A DNA stretch of 64,000 nucleotides from an uncultured Acidimicrobiales bacterium (GTDB taxonomy: Bacteria > Actinomycetota > Acidimicrobiia > Acidimicrobiales > SZUA-35): positions 2,812 to 66,811 of the forward strand of contig CALKTH010000005.1 of NCBI GenBank assembly GCA_937997485.1, read 5' to 3'. Of this stretch, positions 8,376 through 18,253 are shown piece by piece (the first letter of the stretch is position 1; each line of letters begins with the position of its first letter). Position numbers and translations under genes: made by a program. The notes beneath the pieces were generated by a model, which was given only the letters and a program-made list of their open reading frames with translations, was not told the DNA's origin and did not search any database.

Positions 8376-8494
8376 CAGTGCGGTGGGCGGGTTCGTACGG
8401 CCGCCCGGCGCACGAACCCCAGCCCCGTCGTCTCATGAGGTGACACCTCTCACGACGCGCCGGGTGTCTCAAAAGGACACACTCCCACCGCCTG
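8376..8494. ncRNA. Candidate structured RNA (four-way junction with possible pseudoknot)
   Basis: GCGGTGGG/CCCACCGC closing stem, three internal hairpins, extra CCCGGCGC/GCGCCGGG complementarity. No family recognised. Confidence 0.35.
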
Positions 8495-8658
8495 CTTCTC
8501 GCTGTATCGACAAGAAGTTCCACCAACTTGAATCATTTCTTTCAGAAGTTTCCGCGAGCTCAATGTGAGGCGGTGTCGTAGGCGATTCGGCCCTGTTCAG
8601 CGCGACCAGACGCTTTCTACGGTGGTTGGGCACTGTCGGAGGGATCGAGGGGACCGCG

Positions 8659-8859
8659 TTGAAGCTGAATCTTTGGGGCGAGTCGGGGGACGACAGAAGC
8701 TCGGACGAGCCCGAAACGACGACGAAGGCCGAGCGGATCATCCTGTGGCTGAATGAGGACGCAAAGAAGCCGGCTGCGCGTGAGGAGCAGGTCGTTCGCC
8801 TGTTCGTCGAGCCAACACCGGAGAAACCCCGGCCCTCGCTCGGACTCTTCTCCATCTAG
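8659..8859 (+). CDS. Small hypothetical protein (~66 aa)
   Basis: TTG start 6 nt after GAGGGG; fills the intergenic gap. Confidence 0.45.
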   Translation: MKLNLWGESGDDRSSDEPETTTKAERIILWLNEDAKKPAAREEQVVRLFVEPTPEKPRPSLGLFSI

Positions 8860-8943
8860 CGACGCTCCAGCGAGCACCTCCGTCAATTGTGGCGTGCGCT
8901 GCCATCGCCCCTGAGCCAACGGGCACATCACTACGCTGCCCAC

Positions 8944-10227
8944 GTGTCCGAACGCCGCCGACGACGAGCCGTAGGCAAGCTCCCCGCCCGGGCCGTGTCG
9001 CGCATTCCGTTCCGGCCGCTCGGCGGTTTCTTCGGCCCCGATCGGGCTGACGCCCGTCTCAGCCTCGCCGCCCTCGCTTTCAGTGCCATCACCTCCGTGG
9101 TGGCCGGACTCACGCTGGCCTCTCAGCAGGATGAGCTCCGGGCGCTCCCCGGCCTGCTGTTGTTCGTGCCTCCGGCCATCGGTCTGCGAGGCAATGTCTT
9201 CGGTCCCTTGGGCAGCCGCCTCTCGACTGCCATTCAGACCGGACAGTTCGCGTGGAGCTGGCGAATCGACTCACTCCTCGGCCAGAACCTCGTGGCCGTG
9301 ACCGTCACCTCGCTTGCCGCTGGGCTCGGTTTGGCCGGGGCGGCGGAAGTGCTGGCGTTGGTGATCGACGCCGAAGGTGGGGTGATCCCCATCGGCGTGT
9401 CGGACTTCATCGTGGTCTCGATCATCGGCGGCCTGCTCGCCTCCGTCGTGGTGCTGGCCGCCACGCTCGTGCTGACCACGGCCTCAGTCCGTTTCGATTG
9501 GGACTTGGACAACGTGACCGCCCCCATGGTCACCGCTACGGGCGACCTCATCACGCTGCCGGCCCTCGTCCTCTCCACCGTGCTGCTCAGGCGAGGCGAC
9601 CTCACGGTTGTGCTCTCCGCCATCTGCGCGATCGTCACCATCGTGTCGCTTGGCTTGGTGGTGCGCTCCGGTCTCGCTCTGGCCAAGCGGATCGTGTTCG
9701 AGTCCCTGCCGGTGCTCCTCGTGGCCGGCGTGCTCAGCCTGTTCGCGGGCGTGGCCGTGGAACGGTTCGAGAGCGTGCTCAGCTGGGAGCTGCTCGTTCT
9801 CCTTCCCGGGTATCTCGGCACGGCCGGCGCCCTGGGCGGCATCCTCGCCAACCGCCTCAGCACCCGAGTGCACCTCGGCCTGATCGAGGCGTCGCTGATT
9901 CCGAGGGGTGCGGCCCGAACCGACATGGGGATCACTGTCGGCCTGGCCATGCCCATCTTCTTCCTGCTGGCCCTCGTCGCCGAAGGCGCGGCCTACGTCG
10001 CCAATCAGTCCAGCCCCGGCACCTTGCTGATCGTGGCTGTGTCGGTCACGGGCGGCCTGGTCGCCACCCTCTTCGCTCTCGCCATCGCGTACTACGGCAC
10101 GCTCGTGGTGGTCCGCTTCGGCTTCGACCCGGACAACGTCGGCATCCCCATGGTCACCGCATCGCTCGATGTGGTTGGCGCGCTCACGCTCGTTGGTGCG
10201 GTGCTGGTGTGGGGCGCGGGAGCATGA
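8944..10227 (+). CDS. MgtE/SLC41-type divalent cation transporter (duplicated membrane domain)
   Basis: GLRGNVFGPLGSRLST, DLDNVTAPMVTATGD, DPDNVGIPMVTASLD. Confidence 0.85.
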   Translation: MSERRRRRAVGKLPARAVSRIPFRPLGGFFGPDRADARLSLAALAFSAITSVVAGLTLASQQDELRALPGLLLFVPPAIGLRGNVFGPLGSRLSTAIQTGQFAWSWRIDSLLGQNLVAVTVTSLAAGLGLAGAAEVLALVIDAEGGVIPIGVSDFIVVSIIGGLLASVVVLAATLVLTTASVRFDWDLDNVTAPMVTATGDLITLPALVLSTVLLRRGDLTVVLSAICAIVTIVSLGLVVRSGLALAKRIVFESLPVLLVAGVLSLFAGVAVERFESVLSWELLVLLPGYLGTAGALGGILANRLSTRVHLGLIEASLIPRGAARTDMGITVGLAMPIFFLLALVAEGAAYVANQSSPGTLLIVAVSVTGGLVATLFALAIAYYGTLVVVRFGFDPDNVGIPMVTASLDVVGALTLVGAVLVWGAGA

Positions 10228-10292
10228 AAAGGACAGATGAGATCGCAGGAGAGTTGTGCCATGATTCGCCAACGAGGAGTGACTGGTAGCTG

Positions 10293-11510
10293 ATGGAATC
10301 CCGAAATCTGCGGGAGATGCTCGCCGAGGCGAAGGACACGAGCGAGTTGATGGTCGATCTGGCCTATGCCGCGCTCTACTTCGACGATCCCGACATGGCC
10401 GACGAGGTCGAGGAGCTCGAGCAGGACATCTCCGAACTCGTCCACCAGATGCGCACGCTGTGTGTCATTGCCGTTCGCCATCCGAAGGAGGCAGGCGAGA
10501 TCTCCTCGGTGCTGCAAGTGATCTCTGCCGTGGAACGCATCGGCAACGATGCGGTCGACATCGCCAAGATCGTGCAGCGACGCCTGGGCATTCCCCGGGA
10601 ACTCGTCGTCGATCTGTCCTCGGCCGAGGAAGTGTCGCACCGCGTGGTGGTGCACGAGGGCTCACACTTCGCAAACCGCCCGCTCAGCTCCTTCGAGCTG
10701 CCGATCGTGACCGGCATGCGGATCATGGCCATCCGTCGGGAGCGGCAGTGGCTCATCGACCCGGGCGGCAATGACATCTTGAACCCTGGCGACATTCTCT
10801 TCCTCCGAGGATCACCCGACGGCATCGCTCGGCTACGGGAGCTCTCTGGCGCTCCCGAGTGGGTGCCACCGTCCATGGGCGACGCCGCGCCGCTCACCGA
10901 TCTCGGCCGAGCGATTGACGTGCTGGTCGAGATGAAGAACCTCAGCGAGGTGGCGGTGGGCTTGGCCTACTCGGCCCTTGTCTACCGGGATCGCTCACTC
11001 GCCGCCGAGGTTCGCCACCTCGAAGATCGCCTCGATGAGATGAACCACCGGCTCGAGCACTGGGTCTTGCGAGCCGCCGCTCAGGGCGGACAGGAGGAGC
11101 AGCTCCGCGGGCTCCTGCACCTTGGTGCTGCGGCGGAAGATCTCGGCGATCAGGCCCAGTCGATGGTGTGGCTCATCGAGAAGTCCAACGACCTGCACCC
11201 CGTGCTCGGCATTGCGCTGGGCGACACCGACGACATCGTGGTGCGGGTGCCGGTGGGGGAGGGGTCCGAGGTGGCGGGCCGCTCACTCGCACAGATCGAG
11301 TTTCCTGTCGAGCCTGGGTTCAACGTGCTAGCCATCGAGCGAGACGGTCGCTACGCGTACCGCCCTCGTCGTCACGTGGTGCTCGAAGCCGGCGACCAGA
11401 TTCTGGCCAACGGACCCGAGGAGGGTCACGAAGCGCTGGCAGAAATGCTCGGTTGGAGGCTCGTCGAAGACGACGATGGCGAGATCGAGTTAGAGCCGCT
11501 CAACGGCTGA
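10293..11510 (+). CDS. Tandem PhoU + TrkA-C domain protein
   Basis: Two repeats (KDTSELMVDLAYAAL / MKNLSEVAVGLAYSAL), each followed by a TrkA-C-like segment (IMAIRRE, VLAIERD). Confidence 0.85.
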   Translation: MESRNLREMLAEAKDTSELMVDLAYAALYFDDPDMADEVEELEQDISELVHQMRTLCVIAVRHPKEAGEISSVLQVISAVERIGNDAVDIAKIVQRRLGIPRELVVDLSSAEEVSHRVVVHEGSHFANRPLSSFELPIVTGMRIMAIRRERQWLIDPGGNDILNPGDILFLRGSPDGIARLRELSGAPEWVPPSMGDAAPLTDLGRAIDVLVEMKNLSEVAVGLAYSALVYRDRSLAAEVRHLEDRLDEMNHRLEHWVLRAAAQGGQEEQLRGLLHLGAAAEDLGDQAQSMVWLIEKSNDLHPVLGIALGDTDDIVVRVPVGEGSEVAGRSLAQIEFPVEPGFNVLAIERDGRYAYRPRRHVVLEAGDQILANGPEEGHEALAEMLGWRLVEDDDGEIELEPLNG

Positions 11511-12679
11511 TCGTCGCTGCTCCGAAATGCTGTCGGGCTTCGGGCGACGCTCACCGCACTGCCGATGGCGAGTGCCAGCACGAACCACGCCAGGCCCGGT
11601 TCCCTCATCACGGACTCGGTCAGCCCATTGATCATGATGGCAACGACGATCGCATCGCGACCCGCCGAGGGGCGTCCTCTGGCTGCGGCCCAGTAGGTGA
11701 AGGGAAAAGCGAGGAACGCAATAGCTGCCGGCCACCCTCCGCTGAGGGCGAACTGCAGGAAGGCATTGTGGCCAGACGTCGCAAACCAATTCAGGCGGCC
11801 GGATTCGAGGGCCGGTTCGAGAGCCACGGTGGTGCTATCGGCTCCAACGCCGGTCAACGGCTTGGCGTTGATGAGATCCAGCGAGAGATTCCACAGGGTG
11901 GTGCGACCGGTCACGGTCACGATCTCCTGCGCATCGCCGCTGCGGGCAACGGCATCGCCCACCACATCACCGGCGCCGGACACGACGATCCCTGCGGCGG
12001 CGAAGACGGCGCCAATCACGGCAAGCCCCGGAGCGGCCCGGCCGATCAGCGGGCGAGCGGCAACGATCAAGCCCACGCTGGCAGCCAGCGCTGCCGTCCG
12101 TGAATCAGAGACGACGATGCACACCGGCCCGACGGCCAACAGCAGCAGAGCGGTTCGCCGATGCTGGGACAGGATGCCTACGGCGAGAATTACTCCGAGC
12201 GCCGCCGCCATGCCGAATTCGTTGGGGTGCGCGCTCAGACCTTGAATCCGCCCATCACCGGCACCGCCTCCAAGCACGGGCTGCATCGCAAGGCCGAGGG
12301 GCAGCACGATGGCCAGCCCTCTGGCTGCGGCCAGCCTGGTCGTCGGCCAGCCGAGCGATGCTCCCAACCACACGCCGGCAATGAAGACGCACGCGAGCGC
12401 CACGGCGACGACCACATCGTTGATGCCGAGCATGCCCAAGGGGCTCACGAACACGATCCAGGCCAGCGCGAGCGTGAGGGGAAGCGCCGGAGCCTGAACG
12501 AGGGCAGCGCGAACCCGAGGGGAGAGGAGCAGTGCCAGCCCACCGGGCGTAGAGAGCAGAACGAAAACGGACCAGCCCGCGTAGTCGGTCGAACCCGACG
12601 AGATGAGCCCGACCCGAGAGGGTTCGATGGCGATCGCGACGACGATGACCGCAGTCACGATCTGCAGACGACGGATCAC
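11426..12679 (-). CDS. Wzy polymerase / O-antigen ligase family protein
   Basis: Many TM helices, GRIQGLSAHPNEFG, SDSRTA, TGRTTLW, GHNAFLQ. Confidence 0.85.
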   Translation of the reverse strand: MIRRLQIVTAVIVVAIAIEPSRVGLISSGSTDYAGWSVFVLLSTPGGLALLLSPRVRAALVQAPALPLTLALAWIVFVSPLGMLGINDVVVAVALACVFIAGVWLGASLGWPTTRLAAARGLAIVLPLGLAMQPVLGGGAGDGRIQGLSAHPNEFGMAAALGVILAVGILSQHRRTALLLLAVGPVCIVVSDSRTAALAASVGLIVAARPLIGRAAPGLAVIGAVFAAAGIVVSGAGDVVGDAVARSGDAQEIVTVTGRTTLWNLSLDLINAKPLTGVGADSTTVALEPALESGRLNWFATSGHNAFLQFALSGGWPAAIAFLAFPFTYWAAARGRPSAGRDAIVVAIMINGLTESVMREPGLAWFVLALAIGSAVSVARSPTAFRSSDDQPLSGSNSISPSSSSTSLQPSISASAS

Positions 12680-13908
12680 GAGCCGAGAAGCACGGGAATC
12701 CGATGGCTGACCTGCAGGTCACGCAGTCGCTTCAAGGCCGCTCTGGTCGCTCGGCGACTGCTCTTCTTCTTGTCGACAAGGAGAACGACAGCATCAGCCG
12801 CTCCTGCGGCCGCCGCAGCCCCGGAATCGGCGACACTCCCCGCGTCGACGACTCGTTCGCCAAAGGCGGGCCGAAGCTGCTCGGTCACCTCGCTTGCTCG
12901 GCCGGCCGACTGGAGCGACATCACGGCGATCGTGCCTTCGACGTGTCTGGACGCGTTCGTCACCGCCGTGGCCACGTCAGCGACCGCGAGGGGGCCGTTG
13001 CCCTCACCCACCGCAATCCACGGGGCAGACAATGAGGCGAGCTCGCTGTGGTGAACGCTCCGGACCTTGCCAAACCAGCGCTCCAGTGCTGGGGCCATGG
13101 CCAGAGCACCAAGGACGCCGAGCAACGCTCCGAGGATCGGCGCCGAGCGGAGCGCCCCGCCGTCACCCAAGCCGACCGTGCCCACGTTCTGGGCCAGTTC
13201 GAGGGCGGGCTCATGGGTTTCGAGTTCAGCGTCGAGGTTGGCCACTTCGACGGAGCGGGCTCGCACGGTGACAAGTGCGGCTTCGATGTTGCTCTCCAAC
13301 ACGTCGACCTCGATGCGCAACGTCTGTCGCTCCTCACCCTCGATGGCATCGATGCGAGTGTTGAGATCAGCAATCTCGGCTTCCCAGCCGGTGATCTGCT
13401 CCTCCAGCGGGCCGATGAGCCCGGCGAGTTCGCCTCGCTCTTCCTGGATGGAATCGAGCACGGCTTGGTCGACCTGGGCGACCGAAGCGACAGCGATCGC
13501 CTCGGCTGCAGGCTTCACGAGGTCGGCCGGCCCACGCGTGGTGATGGTGATGAGGCGGCCGCCATCCAGTTCGGTCGCCACGGAGATCTCTGACGGATCG
13601 ATTCCCGCCTCGGTCAGGGCCGCGGCTCGGGTCTCGTCATCGGTGGCCAAGCCCGCGGTGCGGGTCAAGATCGATTCGAAGAGCGGCCACTCAGCGGCTT
13701 CGGTCAGGCCGACAACGGCGCGGGCCTCCGCCTCGCCTCCGTCACCGAGCAGCGCATCGGCCTGCGAAGCAACAAGCCATCCGACGGCAGCGAAGACAAC
13801 GGCCAACCAGGCCCAGCGCATCCACGAGCGCACAAGGTCGAAGACGTCATCCATCTCGCCGTGATTCGCCCCGACATAGGGGTCTCCACCATTGCTCCGC
13901 TCGGCCAT
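12676..13908 (-). CDS. Wzz/Wzc-like chain-length regulator with degenerate kinase-like tail
   Basis: TM - coiled coil - TM layout; C-terminal ADAVVLLV...RAALKRL; no Walker A GKS/T. Confidence 0.7.
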   Translation of the reverse strand: MAERSNGGDPYVGANHGEMDDVFDLVRSWMRWAWLAVVFAAVGWLVASQADALLGDGGEAEARAVVGLTEAAEWPLFESILTRTAGLATDDETRAAALTEAGIDPSEISVATELDGGRLITITTRGPADLVKPAAEAIAVASVAQVDQAVLDSIQEERGELAGLIGPLEEQITGWEAEIADLNTRIDAIEGEERQTLRIEVDVLESNIEAALVTVRARSVEVANLDAELETHEPALELAQNVGTVGLGDGGALRSAPILGALLGVLGALAMAPALERWFGKVRSVHHSELASLSAPWIAVGEGNGPLAVADVATAVTNASRHVEGTIAVMSLQSAGRASEVTEQLRPAFGERVVDAGSVADSGAAAAAGAADAVVLLVDKKKSSRRATRAALKRLRDLQVSHRIPVLLGS

Positions 13909-13993
13909 CTGCCCTCCCAAGGTCGATGAGCCTATTCCGAACCAAGGGGCGGCGGGATAGGTTGAATCCCGCGTGGTGAGGGCTTTGGTAGGG

Positions 13994-15943
13994 ATGAAGC
14001 GCGCACAGGTGTCGATCTGTGTTGCAACGTTGAATCGACCGAAGGGACTCGATGTCCTGCTCGGTTGTTTGTCGCGTCAGGTCTCCTCCATCGTTGATCT
14101 GGAGCTGGACATCCACGTTGCCGTCTCCGACAACGACCCAACCGGAGGCGCTCGCCCGATCGTCGACGGCTGGCGGGAACAAGGACTCAACATCACCTAC
14201 GGCATCGAGTCTCGACGCGGTTACGCCTCGAACCGGAACAACACCGTGCGGCTCGCTCGGCCGGATGACGAATGGCTGGCGTTCGTCGACGACGACGACC
14301 GGCCAGATCCCGAGTGGGTCTCGACACTGGTGGCTGCTGCGTTGCGCCACGGGGCAGATGGGGCGGAAGGGCCGGTGCTCGTCGAGAGCGCAGCGCTCTT
14401 CGAAGGCGCGACTTCCCGGCGCGCTGGCATGGTCGACGGAACGCCGTTGGACGTCGCTGCCACCTGCAACCTCTTGCTGCATCGGGACGTCCTGGGCGAC
14501 GCCCCGTTCAACACGCGCTTCGATGTCACCAGTGGTGAGGACACCGAGCTGACGCTGCGTCTCACTCGAAGCGGGCGCCGCATCGTCTTCGCCGAAGATG
14601 CCATCGTACGTACCGATCTGCGCCCAGAGGAGGCCAGCCGAGCGGGACGCCTGCGCCGTCACTACGCCGGCAGCGTTCGCTACGGATGGGCCCTGCGCCA
14701 TCTCCACGCGCCGATCGTGCCCGAGCTCGCTCGATCAACTGGGCGAGCGGGGCGAGGTGCTGCTCTCTGGTTGGCGTCGTTCCCAGCCCGATCCGCCTCC
14801 CAACGAGAAGCTGCGCTCAGAGACATCGCTCTGGCTTCGGGCAAGGTGGCCGGGCTCGTTGGACTGGCGCCACAGAAGGCCTGGCGCTCAACGGTGGCTG
14901 ACTACGGATCGACACAAGCGGTCGGAGACGAGCCGCTGGTCTCGGTGCTCATCTCCTGCCACAACTACGAACAATACGTTGGCGAGGCCATCCGCAGCGC
15001 CCTCGCTCAGACCTATCGCAACGTCGAGATCATCGTGGTCAACGATGGGTCGACCGACGGTTCCGTCGACGAGGTCCTGGCCTTCGGCGATGCGGTCACG
15101 CTGGTGTCCCGCCCTCGGGGCGGACCTTGGCTCGCCTTCCGTGAGGGGCTTGCTCATGCCAAGGGCGAGCTCATCGCTCCGCTCGATGCGGACGACACGT
15201 GGGTGCCTGATCGGCTCGAACAGATCGTTGGCGTGTTCACTCGCAATCGTGAGCTGGCGATGGTGGGGAATCAGCGCACGATCATCTCGGCCGCCGGAGT
15301 GCCGCGCATCAGCCGCAAGGCACGATTGACAACAGGATTCGTCGCCGATGCGCTGCTCCGGCACGCGCGCTACGAGTGGCCGCTGACCTCTCAGCTCGTC
15401 GTTCCGAAGTGGCTGACGGAACCGCTGCATACCTATGACCCGGGGCGCAGAGTCCCGCCCGACATGGTGCTCACACACCTTGCCGGGTTGAGTGGGACCA
15501 TCGGCGCGGTGCAGCAGCCGCTGACCAACTATCGAGTGCACGATGACAATCGTCGTGCCCGGACGGCCGACGTCGGTCGGCTGCGAGCCGAGCGAGAAGT
15601 CAGTCTCGACATTCTCAATCACTGGGCCGAGGTGCTGGGAGTGAACGCCGTCGTTCCCTCCTCAGCCGACAGCGAGCTCGTCCTTCTGCAATGGCAGGAC
15701 CACGAGCCGGTCTCCGCCGGCCAGCGGGCGCGGGCGCTCGTCCGGACCGTCCCGGAGGCAGTGCGCCTTCGTCGGTCCCTGCTGGACACGTCGCTCACGA
15801 TCTTCTCTCGCACGCTGCTCGCATGCTCACGCCAGCAGGGTCCCCGCGTCGCCGCAGACGGGCCCGGTCAATACGTGGTTGCTCGGCTTCGCCGCCACAC
15901 CGACCAGGCAAGAATCCCGAACATCGCCAGCTCGGCGGCGTAG
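13994..15943 (+). CDS. Glycosyltransferase with two GT2 domains
   Basis: VSICVATLNRP...AFVDDDD...GEDTE; second domain VSVLISCHNYEQYVGEAIRSALAQTY...VVNDGSTD...LDADD. Confidence 0.92.
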   Translation: MKRAQVSICVATLNRPKGLDVLLGCLSRQVSSIVDLELDIHVAVSDNDPTGGARPIVDGWREQGLNITYGIESRRGYASNRNNTVRLARPDDEWLAFVDDDDRPDPEWVSTLVAAALRHGADGAEGPVLVESAALFEGATSRRAGMVDGTPLDVAATCNLLLHRDVLGDAPFNTRFDVTSGEDTELTLRLTRSGRRIVFAEDAIVRTDLRPEEASRAGRLRRHYAGSVRYGWALRHLHAPIVPELARSTGRAGRGAALWLASFPARSASQREAALRDIALASGKVAGLVGLAPQKAWRSTVADYGSTQAVGDEPLVSVLISCHNYEQYVGEAIRSALAQTYRNVEIIVVNDGSTDGSVDEVLAFGDAVTLVSRPRGGPWLAFREGLAHAKGELIAPLDADDTWVPDRLEQIVGVFTRNRELAMVGNQRTIISAAGVPRISRKARLTTGFVADALLRHARYEWPLTSQLVVPKWLTEPLHTYDPGRRVPPDMVLTHLAGLSGTIGAVQQPLTNYRVHDDNRRARTADVGRLRAEREVSLDILNHWAEVLGVNAVVPSSADSELVLLQWQDHEPVSAGQRARALVRTVPEAVRLRRSLLDTSLTIFSRTLLACSRQQGPRVAADGPGQYVVARLRRHTDQARIPNIASSAA

Positions 15944-17121
15944 GTCGCGACGACTGCACCACGCCACGAGTGCTGCGGGATCAAGACAAGATTCAGTGCG
16001 ATGTTGAGCAGCGCCGAGGCCAGCACTGCTCTGGCTCGATCCACGAAGTGTCCCGTGGTTGTGAGGACGTCGCCGAGCAGGCTCTGGACCGCCCGGAACA
16101 TCGGGAGCGCGCTGAGGGCCATGATGATCGGCGCCGCATCGGCGAAGCGGTCGCCCGCGATGATCTCGACACCTCGCGCGCCCAGGAGCAGGAACGTCGT
16201 CATCACCACTGCATAGGAGACGAGGGGGAGGGCCAGCTTCTTGGCGTAGGCGCGAGAGTGGGCGATTCCTTGCTCGCCCCGGCGGAAGAACTCCGGGGCG
16301 ACGGTGTGCAGAAAGGCGTATGCCGGCAGGAACGCGTATTGCACGAGGCGGGCACCGGTTGCGTAGAGGCCGTTGTCGGCTTCGAACCCGGCTCGGAGCA
16401 GCAGGGTCTGGTCGATATCGCTGGACAGAGCCTGTGAGGAATGCCCAACGCCGACCGCGGCGCCGTCGCGGGCCGAGGCCAGCCAACGAGTGGGGTGAAG
16501 CTGGGCCGGTCCCGCGATCGATCGCATCGTGGCGAGCGAGATGATGGCGGTGATTATCGACGCCGCGCCGATGGCGGCAACAAGAAAGAGCAGCTGGGTC
16601 GAGTCCGACACGGTCTCGTCAGCCCGGAGGGCGGCGTAGCTGACGATGGCGATCATTCGGAGACCAGCAGCCGTCAGGACGACGAGGGCCGAGGTGACGA
16701 ACCGGTTGAGGGCTCGCAACGCACGGCTTGCCGTGTCCGAACTGCCGAAGGCCAGGAACTCGCCTGCTGCGAGCACAACAACAACCAGTGTGGACTGGGC
16801 AGGCAGAACGACGAGGGCGATCAGGCCAACGGCGAAGGTGGCGATCACGCCGGCAATCGCCAGTGCGCTCAGCGCGTCACCCCACGCCTCGGGCGCATCG
16901 TCGGCGTTACGGGCGATGCGCATGGTGACGATGTCGCCCTGACCGAGACTGGCCAATGAGGGAAACACCGCGACAAGGCCGACGATGCCGGCGTAGATGC
17001 CGTATCCCGTGGGCTCGAGGGTCCGAAGAAGAACGGTGAACGTTACGAGCGAGAGGACGGCGCGGCCAGCGAAGGCGACGAGGGTCCAGCTGGTGTTCTG
17101 AACAATCCTTCCCCCTCGCAC
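15868..17121 (-). CDS. Wzx-type polysaccharide flippase (MOP family)
   Basis: IVQNTSWTL, YGIYA, IDQTLL, GLYATGARL, LNIALNLVLIP...GAVVAT. Confidence 0.88.
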   Translation of the reverse strand: MRGGRIVQNTSWTLVAFAGRAVLSLVTFTVLLRTLEPTGYGIYAGIVGLVAVFPSLASLGQGDIVTMRIARNADDAPEAWGDALSALAIAGVIATFAVGLIALVVLPAQSTLVVVVLAAGEFLAFGSSDTASRALRALNRFVTSALVVLTAAGLRMIAIVSYAALRADETVSDSTQLLFLVAAIGAASIITAIISLATMRSIAGPAQLHPTRWLASARDGAAVGVGHSSQALSSDIDQTLLLRAGFEADNGLYATGARLVQYAFLPAYAFLHTVAPEFFRRGEQGIAHSRAYAKKLALPLVSYAVVMTTFLLLGARGVEIIAGDRFADAAPIIMALSALPMFRAVQSLLGDVLTTTGHFVDRARAVLASALLNIALNLVLIPQHSWRGAVVATYAAELAMFGILAWSVWRRSRATTY

Positions 17122-18251
17122 GACGGTGACCGTAGCGGCCCCGCAACGAGGCGCTTGCGACTGCGCTCCCGCGTCACCGATGCCACACCCACGGCCAGGA
17201 TCAGCAGAGGGATCGTCGGCTCTCGCACGACGTGCTCCGTGATTGAGATCAAGGCGAAGCACATCAGGTAGCCATCACGCACTGCGTTGGGGTGCCGGCG
17301 TCGTAGAACGAGGAAGCAGAGCAGGGCGATCACGGAGAGCGCGGCGGGGATCCACCCGCCGTTCACGGCCATCTGGATGACGCCGTTGTGGGCGTGGCGA
17401 GGGAACCACGTCATGAAGCCGTCGACGGCGATGCCCGAGCTCTCCGGACCGAAACCGGTGAGTGGCCGCTCGGCCACGCCGGTGATGATGAAATCCCACA
17501 AGCCAGTGCGGCCAGTGAGGGTTCTCGTCGTCTCCCAGGTGTCTTCGCCCATGACCGGACGGCCGAGGAGACCGCTGGCCACGACTGCGCCGAGAACACC
17601 GAGCCCGCCAGCGATGGCGAGCGAGGCAAGACCCCGACGGACTCGCGGGCCCACGATGAGGAGCGACCCCAACGCCCCAGCCACGAAGGGGATGATCGCC
17701 TCGGTCTGATAGAGCACCATCGGCGAGACCACGAGGAGTGGAAGGAGTGGGAGCACCCGATCGGCAGCGGCCCGAGCGCCAGCGACCAGGCCGAAAGCGG
17801 CAAGAATGGCGAGGGCGTTCGGTTCTTCCGTCCACGCTTCCCAACGTTCTGGGTTGTCAACGCTCAGTTCGATGAGCGTGGCGTTGGAGAGAACGAGGAG
17901 CAACGTCGGGCCGAGCAGACGTTCGAAGCCAGCGAATCCGTACTGCGCTTCGACTTCCGCTCCGAGGAAGACCGTGCCCAGCAGACCGGCGGCGACAAGA
18001 AGGCCACGAGTTCCACCCACTCCAAACGGTGCCGCCAACAGGATCCACACGAAGGCAAGGGTGAGTGGAAGCAGAGGTAGCGAGCGCAGTGTGCGGAGCG
18101 TGTTCGGCCGAGTCGTGACGACCCATGCTCCAGCAACGGCAATCACGAACAGTGCGAGGGAACGAAAGCTGTCGATGGTGCCCGAGAGCCGGGTGTTGGG
18201 TACGACCGCCAACGCGGCGATGAGCGCCCCGAGGGCCAGCCGCTGCGCCAC
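17043..18251 (-). CDS. Wzy polymerase / O-antigen ligase family protein (second paralog)
   Basis: EPNALA, TLTGRTGLW, RPLTGFG, HAHNGVIQ. Confidence 0.85.
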   Translation of the reverse strand: MAQRLALGALIAALAVVPNTRLSGTIDSFRSLALFVIAVAGAWVVTTRPNTLRTLRSLPLLPLTLAFVWILLAAPFGVGGTRGLLVAAGLLGTVFLGAEVEAQYGFAGFERLLGPTLLLVLSNATLIELSVDNPERWEAWTEEPNALAILAAFGLVAGARAAADRVLPLLPLLVVSPMVLYQTEAIIPFVAGALGSLLIVGPRVRRGLASLAIAGGLGVLGAVVASGLLGRPVMGEDTWETTRTLTGRTGLWDFIITGVAERPLTGFGPESSGIAVDGFMTWFPRHAHNGVIQMAVNGGWIPAALSVIALLCFLVLRRRHPNAVRDGYLMCFALISITEHVVREPTIPLLILAVGVASVTRERSRKRLVAGPLRSPSCEGEGLFRTPAGPSSPSLAAPSSRS

Positions 18252-18253
18252 GC

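Noticed and set aside
8376-8494. tRNA, tRNA-Sec or known riboswitch
   Set aside because: No T-loop GTTCRA or D-loop in the right positions and no recognisable aptamer consensus; kept only as an unclassified candidate.
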